Source: Gordius albopunctatus (Eukaryota). From it: a stretch of DNA of 64,000 nucleotides. Of the stretch, positions 12,331-26,180 are shown piece after piece. Position numbers and translations under genes: made by a program. The stretch is taken from contig OZ193909.1 in assembly GCA_964276515.1 (NCBI GenBank), positions 13,888,001-13,952,000 on the forward strand, written 5' to 3'. Numbering within the stretch: the first letter of the stretch is position 1; the number at the start of each line of letters is the position of its first letter. The notes below the pieces were generated by a model. That model ran no database searches. It was not told the DNA's origin and worked only from the letters and a program-made list of their open reading frames with translations.

Positions 12331-13520
12331 GTAAATATTTCTGCAGGCACTTGGATACTAATCGACTTAAACTAGACCGTCTAAGGTGATTCTTTTTATA
12401 CGATTAAGTGGAAAGATTATGTACATAATATTTTCCCCTAAATATAAATACGCTATTTAATTTAAATTATATTTAATAAAGAAATTTATTTTGCTACTGG
12501 ATTACAGCTTTAAAAAATGTAGCTGGTCCAATGCCCTCTATAAAGAATAATAGAAAAATGCATTTTTTATTTTGAATTATTAATCTATCGCTTAGAATAT
12601 CATATCTATATATTAACTTTCATATAGAACGATTATTATGAGTGGGGTATATATCTATATTTAAAGTGTTTTATTAACTAATTTGTTTTTGCTGCTTAGC
12701 TATCAAATGATCGAAAATAAATGACGTAAAGTCTGTATAAACACGTTGATAGAGATTTCTTCTTTGTTTGAGGCTTTATTAATAAAATATAGCGAATTAT
12801 GAAATAAGAAATAATACTTTGGCAATTGATTGCTGGGGAGCTTGATGTCTCATTTGTTTTCACAAAAATCAAGACTCATGTCGAAGTTTAATAAGAATTT
12901 ATCTATATTTTTAAATTAGACATTAAAGTTTTGAACAATATAAAGGCTCTTAAACTCAATATATTCGCGTTTTTTTAAAATTCTCTATCCATAGCAATCA
13001 AGTATGAATAAAATTCGGTATGTTAGCAATCAAGGGCCTTTAAATTTGGCCACCATTTTTTATACTTTACATCATAATTTTCTACTCCTAAAACCAAAAT
13101 AATTTTGCTCTTATCCCCTTTCACTTTTATTCAACTATACGTTTATGAAAATTTATATTGGTGCAAGTAATTTACATTTAATTATATATAATATATGGTT
13201 ATATAATTGGACGTGTACAGCAGGGAGGGCGGCTGTCCTCCTCCAAATTTATAAATTCCCGGAAATTTCATATAATTATGGCTAAAATTTCCAAAAATAT
13301 GATTTTGCCCTTCCCTAGATTATAATTACCCCCTCTAGCTCCAATCCTGGCTACGCCCATGGACATGTAGACGAGCGTTTTAATTAATTTCGTTTTGCAT
13401 CTATTTTTTATTAATAGCTCCTGGCTATTACTCTCTATTATATACAAATATAATTATACCAAGAAATTCATTTTTTCGTTTCACAGGATATTTCACAATT
13501 AATTTCAATAAATCTGTCTC

Positions 13521-16500
13521 ATGTATTTAAATAATGTAATATTTCAGATATTGTTGTGTCAAACATTGTTTATTACAGGTGAGTATAAAAATTTTCTATT
13601 TACAATATATAATTTTATAATTTTATAATCTTAAACGCTTTATTCGGGTAGAAACCGAATTAACAAGGTCACCTAATTATATTTATCATATTTACTTTTT
13701 TATATTTTATTCAAGTTTCATATTCTTACATTTAAAATTAATTAATAAATGCTGTTTAAATAATGTTTTTAAGAAGATAATAATAACCCATTTTAGGAGT
13801 GCCGCAATTAAATTAAAAAGTTCACTCTAATTGGCGATTTTAATTAGAGACTAATTTGACTATATATATCCCTATCTTTTTTTTATCGTGTGACTCGAAT
13901 ATGATAATAGTAGGGAAACAAATTTCTTTACTATCCCATGACGAACACAAATCTTTTTTTATAGGACAGGAAGTCGGTATATCCAAAAAATTATTATAGA
14001 TTTAATAAAAATATGGCTAAAATATATAACAATTATTTGGGCCCTCCCTAAACCATTATTGCCCCCCTCTAATTTTAATGCTGGCTACGCTCATACACTT
14101 CAGCCTAAATTTTTTAGAAAAATAACCTTGAACTTTTGTTTTGTGAATATTATTTCATCACCCCCAAAAAATATTTATTAAAACACCTTACACATTAGCT
14201 CTGATACGAGTCTATAGACTATATCTAATAAATATTTTTTGGGCTCTGAGGGCGGTTCGTTGTTTTTTAACATTTTGTTCCTATCTAACGTTTATATATA
14301 GCTCGCCCTTAAATTTTTAACTACGCAAATACGAACACCATATAAATTTATTTGCTTAAATAACACACGTTACCTGTAAACTTTGAGAGTTGCTTTAAAC
14401 AAATTCACTTCTTTCCAAATTTGAAAATTCATGCATTGTAATCAAGCATATTTATTCCTATATTTTTCACACGTGTCTGTGCTGCTTTAACACTACCTAA
14501 GACGGTTCCAAATCCGTGTAAAAAAAGCTCCAAAACTATGATAGTTTCAAACAAGATTTTACAAGAAAAGTCTAGGGCGTCCTCCACAAACGACGCGCAC
14601 TGCATACCCCGCCCGTGCAATGTAAAAAATACACTAGAGTTACTGCCCAACTCACAACGAAGGCGGTCAAGGAAACTAGTTGTGGAAAGAATGCGAATTA
14701 CGTGCTGGAATGTGGGAACGTTGACGGGGAAGAGCATCGAGGTCGCACAGATGCTAAAAAGAAGAAAGGTACACATCGCCTGCCTACAAGAGACGAGGTG
14801 GAACGGAACGAAAGCTCGGGAATTAGGAGAAGGATACAAGCTTTTCTACAGTGGGTCATCAAATCGTAGAAACGGGGTCGGTATCGTTCTAAGTGAATTG
14901 TTCAAGGACAAGGTGATGGAAGTAAAGCGTTGTTCCGACAAGCTAATGTGGGTGAAGATTGCAGATCAAGGGGGGGGGAGAGCTCCTAACCGTTATGTGC
15001 ACGTATGCCCCCCAAATTGGATGTTTGGAATCAGAGAAAGACATATTCTTCGATTTATTGGAAAAGGAAATACAAGGAATCGGACAGGAAGAAAGGCTAA
15101 TTATTGGGGCAGATTTCAACGCTCACGTTGGGAAAGATTGCCTCGGGTATGAACGCAATCATGGAGGCTATGGGCATGGTCTGAAGAACAAAGAAGGGGA
15201 AAAACTTCTCCAAGTATCCCAAGCATATGACATGGCGATCGTTAACACCTATTTTCAAAAGCGCGAAGATCATATTGTGACCTATAGAAGTGGGAAGCAT
15301 TTTAGTCAAATCGACTATTTACTTATACGGCGAAAGGACTTATGGAGTATCAAGGATTGCAAAGTGATAACGGAGAAGAAATCGCCAGGCAACATCGTCC
15401 CCTTGTTATGGATCTTGATAGAAGAGTATTTCCCGAAAGAAGAAAGGTCTATGAACCTCGAATTCGATACGAAAGGCTAAAGGATACGTCGAGGAACAAA
15501 GAATACCATCAAAAAGCCTGCTCACTCTTGGGTGCAAGGAAGTTGCAAAGGGACGTAGACGACGATTGGGAGACGCTATCTAAGGACATTAAGGAAACAG
15601 CGATTCGTGTTCTAGGACAGACCAAAGGAGGCAAAGCTATGATAAGGGAACTATGGTGGTGGGATCAATCGGTTAAAGATTTCATCGAAAGAAAGAAAAA
15701 TCTATATAGACGGTGGCATAAATCAAAAAAGTCGGAGGATTATCAAGAGTACAGGTACGCAAAGAGGGCCGCAAAAAAGGCCGTTGCAAAAGCGAAGAAT
15801 GCCGCGTACACCGAGATGGCAAACAAACTGGATCATAAAGGTGGCGATAGGCTTATGTACAAATTGGCCAAGATAAGGGAGAAGAAAAGTCTCGATGTCG
15901 GAGTTCTTTAAATAGTCAAAAGCGAGTAGGGTCAAACCTTATTCAAGCCGAAAAAAGTGATGGAAAGGTGGAAAGGATATTTTAAGGAACTTATGAATAT
16001 TGCAAACGACAAGGATTCCCTTCCCGAAATTATGGTCGAACTCTTTCAGGAGGATGAAGTTAGGACACAAATGAACAAGATGCAAAAAAGAAAAGCAAAT
16101 GGTCCAGATGGAATACCTATGGAAGCATTGCTCGGATGTCGTGAAGAAGGAGTCACCACCATGACGAACCTCCTTAACAAGATATTGGTAGAAGAGCGAA
16201 TCCCTAATCAATGGAGAGCAAGCACGATTATACCCTTATTCAAAGGAAAAGGAGACCCTCAGGACTGCGGCAATTACAGAGGTATCAAGCTAACTTGTCA
16301 CTCCTTTAAGCTTTTGGAAAGGATCTTAGTAACAAGGCTCAAAAGCGAGGTGGAAATATCGGCTAATCAATTCGGATTTGTGGCCGGCAAATCCACAATC
16401 GACCCAATCTTCGCCCTGAGACAAATGATGGATAAGTATGGTGAAAAGAGGAAATACCTACATATGGTTTTTATCGACTTAGAGAAAGCTTATGACACGG

Positions 16501-18107
16501 TCCCCTGCGACTTAATATGGTGGTGCCTGAGGAGACAAAATATCCCTGACGCATATATACGGCCTATGAAAAATATTTATGAAGCTTCAAACTCTTGCGT
16601 TAGGACGACAGTTGGAGACTCTAAACCTTTTCGGGTTAATATTGGATTACGTCAAGGCTCTGCTTTAAGTCCCTTTTTATTTAATATAATTATAGACACG
16701 ATAACGAGAGACGTTCAAAAGCCTTCGCCATGGTGTATGCTATATGCCGATGATATAGTACTATGCGAGGAAACAAGGGAGAAAGTATTCGAAGAAGCCG
16801 AAAAATGGTCCAAGCGCTTAGCTGGATATGTTTTAAAGGTCAACGATAGAAAAACGGTATACATGGAAATGAACGGTACAGGCACCCCGTCGCTGGATGA
16901 CCACCTAAAGTACCCAAAAGTAGACAGGTTCACATACCTCGGCTCGATGTTACATCAAGAGGGAGGTTACACAACAGAAGTCAATGCTCGGATCCAAAAA
17001 GGATGGCCTAAATGGCGAAGTATATCCGGTGTAATGTGTGACAAGAAAATGCCAATATGGTTGAAGAGCAAAGCTTACAAATCCATCGTAAGACCGGTGT
17101 TACTCTATGGAAGTGAAACATGGGCATTAAACACCACGGAAGGAAAGCTATTACAAGCCACAGAGATGAGAATGATACGGTGGAGCTTGGGGTATACTAA
17201 GCTCGATCATATGACGAATGACTTTCTCATGACAAAAATGGGTATTCAATCTATGGCAGACATGATTAACGAAAATCGGCTAAGGTGGTATGGTCATATA
17301 CTAAGGAGGGATACAGATGACGTAAATCGAAAAGTACTGGACATGGAGGTACCGGGGAAGAGAGGAAGAGGAGTTATGGAAACTAAAGATATTAGTCAAG
17401 CCATAGCACTCACCCGGTCAAGATGGAAGAAACTTATCAAAACAAACCCCACCAATGTGGGACCAAATAACTGATAAAGAAGAAGTCTGTGCTGCTCTAA
17501 GGTTAGTTTTTCAAAGTCATTTTTCTAATGAAATAGGGCTGTAACTTTATATGGCTCAGATTTATTTGAAAAAATTTTTAACAAAAATTATCCCATAAAA
17601 TTCTAACAATTAACTTATCAAGAGCATATTGCTGCGCTGCGATTTAATTTTTGATAAGCTTGAGGAGTGCTTCTTTTAGATCATTTTTCTCTTTTTTATA
17701 TCCATTTTAACTCTTAAATTAATTTACTTATAATCGCATATCAAGCTTAAATTATCTCGATTTATAAGCAAATGTGTTCTGCTTCCACTATCCTTATTCG
17801 GACAACTGGAGATGGACACCCCCCTCCCAATTTTAAATAAACCCTAACATTAATGTTGATGTAAAATTTGATGTTTAACACATGAAGCAATTAAACTCTT
17901 TTCAATTGTTATTTAACTTATAAACGACATTTATTTTTTTTAAATATTTTTAATAAATTCGCTTGTACATATAATTTGATATTATATTTATGGACCATGT
18001 AGGCTCATCTCATGAAGTACCACCAATCTATTTTAACTTTACAGCTCAGTATGACGACCATTCGTTACATACAAAGGACGCTGGCAGCAAACAATTTGAA
18101 AATTTAA
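13521..18107 (+). CDS. Putative secreted protein, first two coding exons (13521-13578, 18003-18107); downstream exons not located
   Basis: Exon 1 MYLNNVIFQILLCQTLFITG (signal-peptide-like) ends at a strong GTGAGT donor in phase 1. Phase-compatible exon SSHEVPPIYFNFTAQYDDHSLHTKDAGSKQFENL is flanked by TAG/GTATG. RTE copy 2 would lie in the intron. Confidence 0.4.
14488..14527 (+). ncRNA. Twister ribozyme, 5' portion (mutated, 3' part deleted) at the 5' end of RTE copy 2
   Basis: T^AACACTACC-TAAG-ACGG-TTCCAAAT-CCGT follows the twister order UAA/P2(CACU)/T2/P4/L4. Confidence 0.7.
14489..17484 (+). mobile_element. RTE-clade LINE copy 2, essentially full length, frameshifted, with TSD
   Basis: APE and RT ORF pieces 14538-17474; (GAA)n tail; TSD gtctgtgctgct(t/c)taa at 14475-14490 and 17485-17500. 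Confidence 0.95.
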
Positions 18108-18136
18108 GTATGCTATACATATTAAGTTACTGAAAT

Positions 18137-19080
18137 TTTTTTTTGTTAAAAAGTTTATTTTCAAGAAACAAAGTTACATTAATAAGCAAAATACAAAAAT
18201 TAAGACATATTGGTTAAATACAAAGATCTATATCATTCTCTTCTAAAATGGGCCATGAGTCGGCAAAGGATTTAAAGTTGTATCCTGCAACAAGAATCCC
18301 TACTTGTTGCCTGAGTAAAAAGGACGTGGAAATTTTAGATTTCGGGGTGCGTTTTCCGATTTCTTTAAAAAACCCCATTGCCTGTTTTCCAAAAGACCCA
18401 GAGCACGTGGCAACGACAGGGATAAAAATATTGGATACCAAAAGGGCAGAATACTTTGTAGTTTTACGCCCTTCTTCTGTAGCGATAGGGTCGTAATTAA
18501 AATGGGAAGGTGCAAAAAGGTCAATACAAGTAAAATCCCATTTGAGGGATAGGCCATTTTGCCAGGGGACTAGAGAAGAGCCGTCAGGGCGCATCCTACC
18601 TTCAAGGGAGGGATCGGACGGCTCAAGGATTGAGGGGATTTTGGCCTTTTTAAGGGCAGCTTGAATTAATAAATTAGCTTTAGTGTGCCTAACGTATTTA
18701 TATTTGTTTGCTAGGCAGTGTAGAGGGTGCCTAGCATATTCGTCTACAACGGTAAGGCAGTTTTGACAGTTGAATTCTCTGCTGTAACTAATCCCTAACC
18801 TTAAAGCTATGGAATATCATAGCTCAAAGTCTTCAAGCAGCATTCCCAAAAGTTTGCTAGGATAGGCTTCAAGCCACTCGTGACCGGAACCGTCAAAAGC
18901 GAGGGACCTAAGGTTGTAATGCTGGCTATCATCGCTGCTCGATAAGAGGTAATCAACGGAGCGCGATACTAGCCCAGAATCCCAATCCTTTTGTCTCGTA
19001 CTTTGAGGTTGGATGGTCTCGGGTGTGACATTCAAATTCCAAAGCTCCAAGGCTTGAGTTAGCAGGGGGTCGGAATCATA
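18137..19080 (-). mobile_element. CRE-like non-LTR retrotransposon 3' fragment (CCHC finger + restriction-like endonuclease) with polyA end
   Basis: RPDGSSLVPWQNGLSLKWDFTCID motif, upstream WLEAYPS and C..C...H..C; AATAAA and A-run on the minus strand at ~18137-18160. Confidence 0.8.
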
Positions 19081-19708
19081 TTTTATGAAATTTAATTAAA
19101 CAATATTAAACCTAGATTTACAATTAATCATATATTTAGCAATATTTTAAGGTGCGTAGGTTATTACTATTTTGGCTAACATTGTATAACTATTATTTTT
19201 TTCCAAATAGAGATTTTAATATTATACAATTTGCACTAATATAACGCGTTGGGCATATCAGATAAAACCAAGTCATAAACGAAAAAAATGGGTCCAAGCA
19301 TTTTACAACGGTTTTAAAACTAGAATTTTCTTGCAGAATTTTTTCATCTATTGAATCGAGTTATTAAAATTATTCTACCTAGGCTGTGTAAAGAAACTTT
19401 AGATTTCTGTTTAAGTTTGACCCTCACTAAACAAATACTATGTTATATTTTGTTATTGCATTTATTAACTTAACTCCATCTTTCATATATGCCTTGTATT
19501 ATCTTAACAAAATTTTGAAGTAATGTTGCATCCATTTTTTTATTAAAACATAGCATTTAAAGATATGCTTTCATATTTATGTTTTTAGAATAATTGAGTA
19601 TTCTACTAAATATTTGAAATATGCACTCAAAATTTTAAAAATTTACTAATATTAATGCATTAAGCATTATTTTATTTTGGCTAAAGCAACTTTCATATTA
19701 TGACACTA

Positions 19709-22700
19709 TGTGGTGAGCTGCGTAGTTTATATATGTATATTTGTGTTGTGTTGTATGTGTACTACCAACTGTTAACGAATTGCGTGTGATATACTACTAA
19801 TTTCCATTTCGCGATTATCAACAATCATTATCCTTCGGCTCGATGATTCTAAATATCTTCATTTAAATAAACTATGACTAAATCATATCAACGTACTAAC
19901 AGTGGTGACACCGACGTTAGTTTCAAGCTTCCCGAGTTCGATTCTGATAATTCCAGAGGATGGTTTGCAAGGATAGAAACACTATTTCGTCTACGCAAAG
20001 TAAGCAACCCTACAAATAAGTTGGCCTTGCTACTCGATGCATTACCTCAAAATGTTTGTACAGAGGTTAGAGGTGTGCACGGATCAAATTTTTTTGATCC
20101 GATCCGATCCGAGGGGTTTTTAAAAAAATTCGTATCCATCCGATCCGAGTTTTTTAAAATCTAAATCCCATCCGATCCGATCCGAAATTTTTTAATTAAA
20201 TCTTTACGAACAAAACTTTTTATTGATGATTAAATTCAAAATACATAAAAATAAGGTATAGCAATTTTAATATACTTGAAATATAAAATTTTATTTGACT
20301 AATTCCATGTTATCATATAAAAATAATAAAGAATCTAAATTTTCTGGTTTAATTCGCGTTCTTCTTTCTTCTAATGTTCTTCCAGCCACCGAGAAATTTC
20401 TTTCCGAAGTGGTAGAGGTAGCAGGTATAGCTAAAGATTTATTTGCCAGCTTATAAAGCCTTGGCAGGAAATTTGTCAAATGTATTTTTAGCTGAAGTTT
20501 TTGGAATACATTTATAATGCAAAAGATGGGAACTACCTCGAATGGAATTATATGTGTAGATATGATGGCATTTCTTGCATATAACATAACCGGTGTATGT
20601 ATCATTTTCATTTAGAAGGTCAAAGTAACTCCAAATTTGACTTTTTCCATCTTCTTTTTTAACTTGTTTGAGAAGATTTTTTTAAAATTTTTTTTTATTA
20701 TTTCTTCCATGACGGTTTTTAATCTGATAAACAATATTGGTGTATTTGCTAGCTGTTACGAATCCAAATGATTATTTCCAACACCCCCCCCCCCATTATT
20801 TTTTCCCCTTAAGTCAGCGTGACTCACACCAGACAATAGCCCTGCTGCAGCATGGAGATTGCTTCTAAGAAGGCAAGCTACATCATTCATGATTACCCGA
20901 AATCAAGAGGGAAAGGAGCTACGCGTGTGCTTTAAGGAAAGGGGAGAGTGATTGATGATTTTCGGAGTTGAGTTGAAATGAAATAGAAAGAGATGCGTGT
21001 CTACGTCTAGCTAGGGAAAAACGCTAGGGAAATTCCGATAAATATATTAGGGTAAGTAAGGGGTAAGGAGGTGATATTGGGCATCAAAATTGGTAAAGTA
21101 AAAAAAGAATGCAAAGATAATTACGAAAAGGTATACTAAAAATTATTAATTTAATTATTATTGTATCCGATCCGATCGGACTAAAATAAAATGTTGATTT
21201 GATCCGATCCGATCCGACTTCCAAAATTAAAATGTTAATCCGATCAATTGCCAGGTCACTTTACCAACATTCTCGCAGTTTTCGCTACTGAGCAATGTAC
21301 GTCAAAATTAGCCGAGATGGCCGATCAAATAGCTGAGGCAAATCAGAGCAACACCATACATAGCTTATCTACTAATAATGAAATTTCAAGCCTAAAAGAG
21401 ATGGTGAAGAAATTATCACTGGAAGTCCAGAAACTATCGGCAAATTCTGCCAGATCCCCTACTCGGCCGTTTCCCCCCCCCCCATAACTCACGTCGCTCT
21501 CTTTCCCCTGATTATAATAACGCCAGCGACGTGTGCTAGTACCATAAAAATTTTAAAAACAACGTCAAAAAATGTGCTCCTCCCTGCTCCTTCGCGTCCC
21601 GATTTTCGACAAACGCCTATACCAGCCGGGAAAGGCGACGCCCGAGCTCGGTCATATTCATCGTAGTCGCCTATTTTATATCATTGACAAACTTTCCGGA
21701 CACCGTTGGCTCGTCGATACCGGCACGGACATCAGCGTCCTGCCAGCTAAATCAAGTCAATGTTCCCTACCTGCCCCTTTTCAATTACAATCTGCTAACA
21801 ACAGCTGTATCAAAACCTACATTCAAATTCTTTTGTCGCTTGATCTCGGCTTACGAAAAACTTTAAGGTGGTTATTTACGATCCCAGACGTCAAAACACC
21901 CATTTTGGGGGCGGATTTCCTCGATTTCTTCAATCTCACAGTAGATTTAAGAAGGAAAAGATTGTTACACCCGCAGACAGCGACAATACCAAATGGTGTA
22001 CCCATCTCAACAACATCTTTAAGAATTCAGTCTTGCTCCCTACCGTTGGAGAATGAATTCGCAATTTTATTAAACGAATTCCCGGAAATAACCAAACCTC
22101 CGGACTACAGAAAGCAGGTGCATAGGCCGTACATCACATTCCCACTAAAGGACCGGCATCTTACGCCAAACACGGCGATTAAACCTGGAAAAGCTTACAA
22201 TTGCAAAGGAGGAGTTCACACATATGTTGGAGCTTGGAGTCATTCGACCATCACAAAGTAGCTGGGCTTCTCCTTTGCATATGGTTCCCAAAAAACTCAG
22301 GGTGATTGGCGACCCTGTGGAGATTATCGTCACCTAAACAATCAGACGATTCCTGATCATTATCCCCTACCCCACATCCATGATTTCTCAATAAACCTAG
22401 CTGGAACCACAATATTTAGCAAGCTTGATTTAATACGGGCGTATCATCAGAACCCCGTTGCTCCCCAGGATATTTACAAAACGGCGGTGATAACACCATT
22501 TGGAATCTATGATTTCTTGAGGATGCCATTTGGTTTGCGGAATGCGGCTCAAACGTTCCAGCGTTTCATAGATCAAGCTTTCCGAGGATTTCCTTTTACT
22601 TTTGCATACCTGGATGATGTTTTGGTCGGAAGCAAGTCTAAGGAAGAGCATATTCATCATCTCCGTCAGGTATTCACACGGCTAAAACAATATGACTTAA

Positions 22701-23595
22701 AAATCAACACTAGCAAATGTCAATGGGGGCTAAGTACGGTAGATATTTTGGGACATAAGGTTTCTCCGACGGGTTTAGCTCCACTACCAGAGAAAGTTAC
22801 AACGATAGAAAATTTTTCTATTCCTAGATCTATAACGCAACTTAGAAGGTTTATAGGCATGTTAAATTTTTATCCACGTTTAATTCCCCAGTGTCCTCAC
22901 CTCCTCAAGCCACTAACCGACTTGCTGGACGATAAAAAAAGGGCCAATCATCATGACGAAAGACTCTATAGACGCTTTTAAGAAGGCAAAAGGAGCTATT
23001 GCTGACGTCACACATTTGGCACACATTGAGGAGGGCGCAACTCTTTTGTTGACAACGGACGCTTCAAACGCAGCTGTAGGAGCCGTCCTCAATCAAATGA
23101 AAGGTGGTAAAACTAGCCCTATAGCCTTTTATTCGCAAAAACTTACGCCGGCACAAGGCCGTTACAGTACTTTTGGACGGGAGCTACTTGCCATTTGTTT
23201 GTCAATAAAACATTTTAGGCATGAACTTGAAGGTCGTGACTTTGCAGTTTATACTGACCCCTTTGACCCATGACTTGTTTTCCACACCTGACAGGTATTC
23301 CCCCCGAGAAACTAGACATCTAGATTACATATCGCAGTTTACGTCAGATATTAGGTTTATCCGTGGCCATACTAATATTGTAGCCGACACGTTGTCCCGC
23401 GTGGACATAGACAGCATTCACCTTAAAAGTTTATCTTTAGAGCAGATAGTTAGATCTCATGAATTAGAATTTTACAACCCCGACCAGCTTTCGTCGCTTA
23501 AAATTTCCGATTTCCCTATTCCAGGTTCAAATTTGACGGTTAAATGTGACACCTCTTGCGCCACACCACGCCCGGTTATACCTACTTCGATGACG
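19709..23595 (+). mobile_element. Gypsy/Ty3 LTR retrotransposon, internal region (PBS-like site, gag, protease, RT, RNase H), truncated before integrase
   Basis: TGGTGAGCTGCG PBS-like site at 19711; gag KLPEFDSDNSRGWFARIE; protease [22 protein letters not shown] and YLDD; RNase H LTTDASN...RYSTFGRELLA; many frameshifts. Confidence 0.9.
20068..21246 (-). mobile_element. One-ended non-autonomous hAT element in Gypsy gag, carrying a hATC dimerisation-domain remnant
   Basis: Terminus TAGAGGTGTGCAC, (ATCCG)n subterminal repeats; ORF 20291-20611 LAIPATSTTSERNFSVAG...RTRIKPENLDSLLFL. Confidence 0.85.
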
Positions 23596-26180
23596 AGTCT
23601 TTTTCGGAACAATATGCAAAGGAGAAGCCATATGTGCGAACTCCTCATTTGCAATTATAAGCTTTTCCATGTTTAATCGCCGAGGTTTGGCGTAAGATGC
23701 CGGTCCTTTAGTGGGAATGTAATGCACGGCCCATGCACCTGCTTTCTGTAGTCCGGAGGTTTGGTTATTTCCGGGAATTCGTTTAATAAACTTGCGAATT
23801 CATTCTCCAACGGTAGGGAGCAAGGCTGAATTCTTAAAGATGTTGTTGAGGTAGGTAAACCATTTGATATTGTCGCTGTCTGCGTGTGTATCAATCTTTT
23901 CCTTCTTAAATCTACTGTGAGATTGAAGAAATCAAGGAAATCCACCCCCAAAATGGGTGTTTTGACGTCTGGGATCGTAAATAACCACCTTAAAGTTTTT
24001 CGTAAACCGAGATCAAGCGACAAAAGAATTTGAATGTAGGTTTTGATACAGCTGTTGTTAGCAGATTGTAATTGAAAAGGGGCAGGTAGGGAACGTTGAC
24101 TTGATTTAGCTGGCAGGACGCTGATGTCCGCGCCGGTATCGACGAGCCAACGGTGTCCGGAAAGTTTGTCAATGATATAAAATAGGCGACTACGATGAAT
24201 ATGACCGAGCTCGGGCGTCGCCTTTCCCGGCTGGTATAGGCGTTTGTTGAAAATCGGGACGCGAAGGAGCAGGGAGGAGCACATTTTTTGACGTTGTTTT
24301 TAAAATTTTTATGGTACTAGCACACGTCGCTGGCGTTATTATAATTAGGGGAAAGAGAGCGACGTGAGTTATAGGGGGGGGGGGGGGAGAACGGCCGAGT
24401 AGGGGATCTGGCAGAATTTGCCGATAGTTTCTGGACTTCCAGTGATAATTTCTTCACCATCTCTTTTAGGCTTGAAATTTCATTATTAGTAGATAAGCTA
24501 TGTATGGTGTTGCTCTGATTTGCCTCAGCTATTTGATCGGCCATCTCGGCTAATTTTGACGTACATTGCTCAGTAGCGAAAACTGCGAGAATGTTGGTAA
24601 AGTGACCTGGCAATTGATCGGATTAACATTTTAATTTTGGAAGTCGGATCGGATCAAATCAACATTTTATTTTAGTCCGATCGGATCGGATACAATAATA
24701 ATTAAATTAATAATTTTTAGTATACCTTTTCGTAATTATCTTTGCATTCTTTTTTTACTTTACCATTTTTGATGCCCAATACCACCTCCTTACCCCTTAC
24801 TTACCCTAATATATTTATCGGAATTTCCCTAGCGTTTTTCCCTAGCTAGACGTAGACACGCATCTCTTTCTATTTCATTTCAACTCAACTCCGAAAATCA
24901 TCAATCACTCTCCCCTTTCCTTAAAGCACACGCGTAGCTCCTTTCCCTCTTGATTTCGGGTAATCATGAATGATGTAGCTTGCCTTCTTAGAAGCAATAT
25001 CCATGCTGCAGCAGGGCTATTGTCTGGTGTGAGTCACGCTGACTTAAGGGGAAAAAATAAGGGGGGGGGGGGGGGGGGGGGGGGGGGTTTGGAAATAATC
25101 ATTTGGATTCGTAACAGCTAGCAAATACACCAATATTGTTTATCAGATTAAAAACCGTCATGGAAGAAATAATAAAAAATTTTTAAAAAAATCTTCTCAA
25201 ACAAGTTAAAAAAGAAGATGGAAAAAGTCAAATTTGGAGTTACTTTGACCTTCTAAATGAAAATGATACATACACCGGTTATGTTATATGCAAGAAATGC
25301 CATCATATCTACACATATAATTCCATTCGAGGTAGTTCCCATCTTTTGCATCATAGATTTATTCCAAAAACTTCAGCTAAAAATACACTTGACAAATTTC
25401 CTGCCAAGGCTTTATAAGCTGGCAAATAAATTTTTAGCTATACCTGCTACCTCTACCACTTCGGAAAGAAATTTCTCGGTGGCTGGAAGAACATTAGAAG
25501 AAAGAAGAACGCGAATTAAACCAGAAAATTTAGATTCTTTATTATTTTTATATGATAACATGGAATTAGTCAAATAAAATTTTATATTTCAAGTATATTA
25601 AAATTGCTATACCTTATTTTTATGTATTTTGAATTTAATCATCAATAAAAAGTTCTGTTCGTAAAATTTTAATTAAAAAATTTCGGATCGGATCGGATTT
25701 AGATTTTAAAAAACTCGGATCGGATGGATACGAATTTTTTTAAAACCCCTCGGATCGGATCGGATCAAAAAAATTTGATCCGTGCACACCTCTAACCTCT
25801 GTACAAACATTTTAAGGTAATGCCTCGAGTAGCAAGGACAACTTATTTGTAGGGTTGCTTACTTTGCGTAGACGAAATAGTGTTTCTATCCTTGCAAACC
25901 ATCCTCTGGAATTATCAGAATCAAACTCGGGCAGCTTGAAACTAACTTCGGTGTCACCACTGTTAGTAAGTTGATTTGATTTAGTCATAGTTTATTTAAA
26001 TGAAGATATTTAGAATCATCGAGCCGAAGGATAATGATTGTTGATAATCGCGAAAATGAAATTAGTAGTATATCACGCGCAATTCGTTAACAGCTGGTAG
26101 TACACATAAAACACCAGGAATATCGAATTTACACAATAAATGACACAAATATACATATATAAACTACGCAGCTCACCAAA
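23596..26180 (-). mobile_element. Inverted duplicate of the Gypsy 5' region (PBS, gag, protease, RT start)
   Basis: Reverse complement of 19709-22299 with scattered substitutions and indels; ORFs 23673-24284 and 24317-24613 mirror 21572-22261 and 21248-21487. Confidence 0.9.
24614..25794 (+). mobile_element. Mirror copy of the hAT element at 20068-21246
   Basis: ORF 25257-25577 nearly identical to 20291-20611; terminus GTGCACACCTCTA at 25794, at the same gag position. Confidence 0.85.

Noticed and set aside
25061..25087. Long poly-G run as a functional G-quadruplex element
   Set aside because: The mirror arm has a much shorter C-run (~20784) and G/C tracts are common in local MITEs; probably slippage or homopolymer error.
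19709..26180. Palindrome as a simple fold-back read or assembly artefact
   Set aside because: The arms differ by many substitutions and multi-base indels and have a 1.3-kb asymmetric spacer; a haplotype mis-join still needs long reads to exclude.
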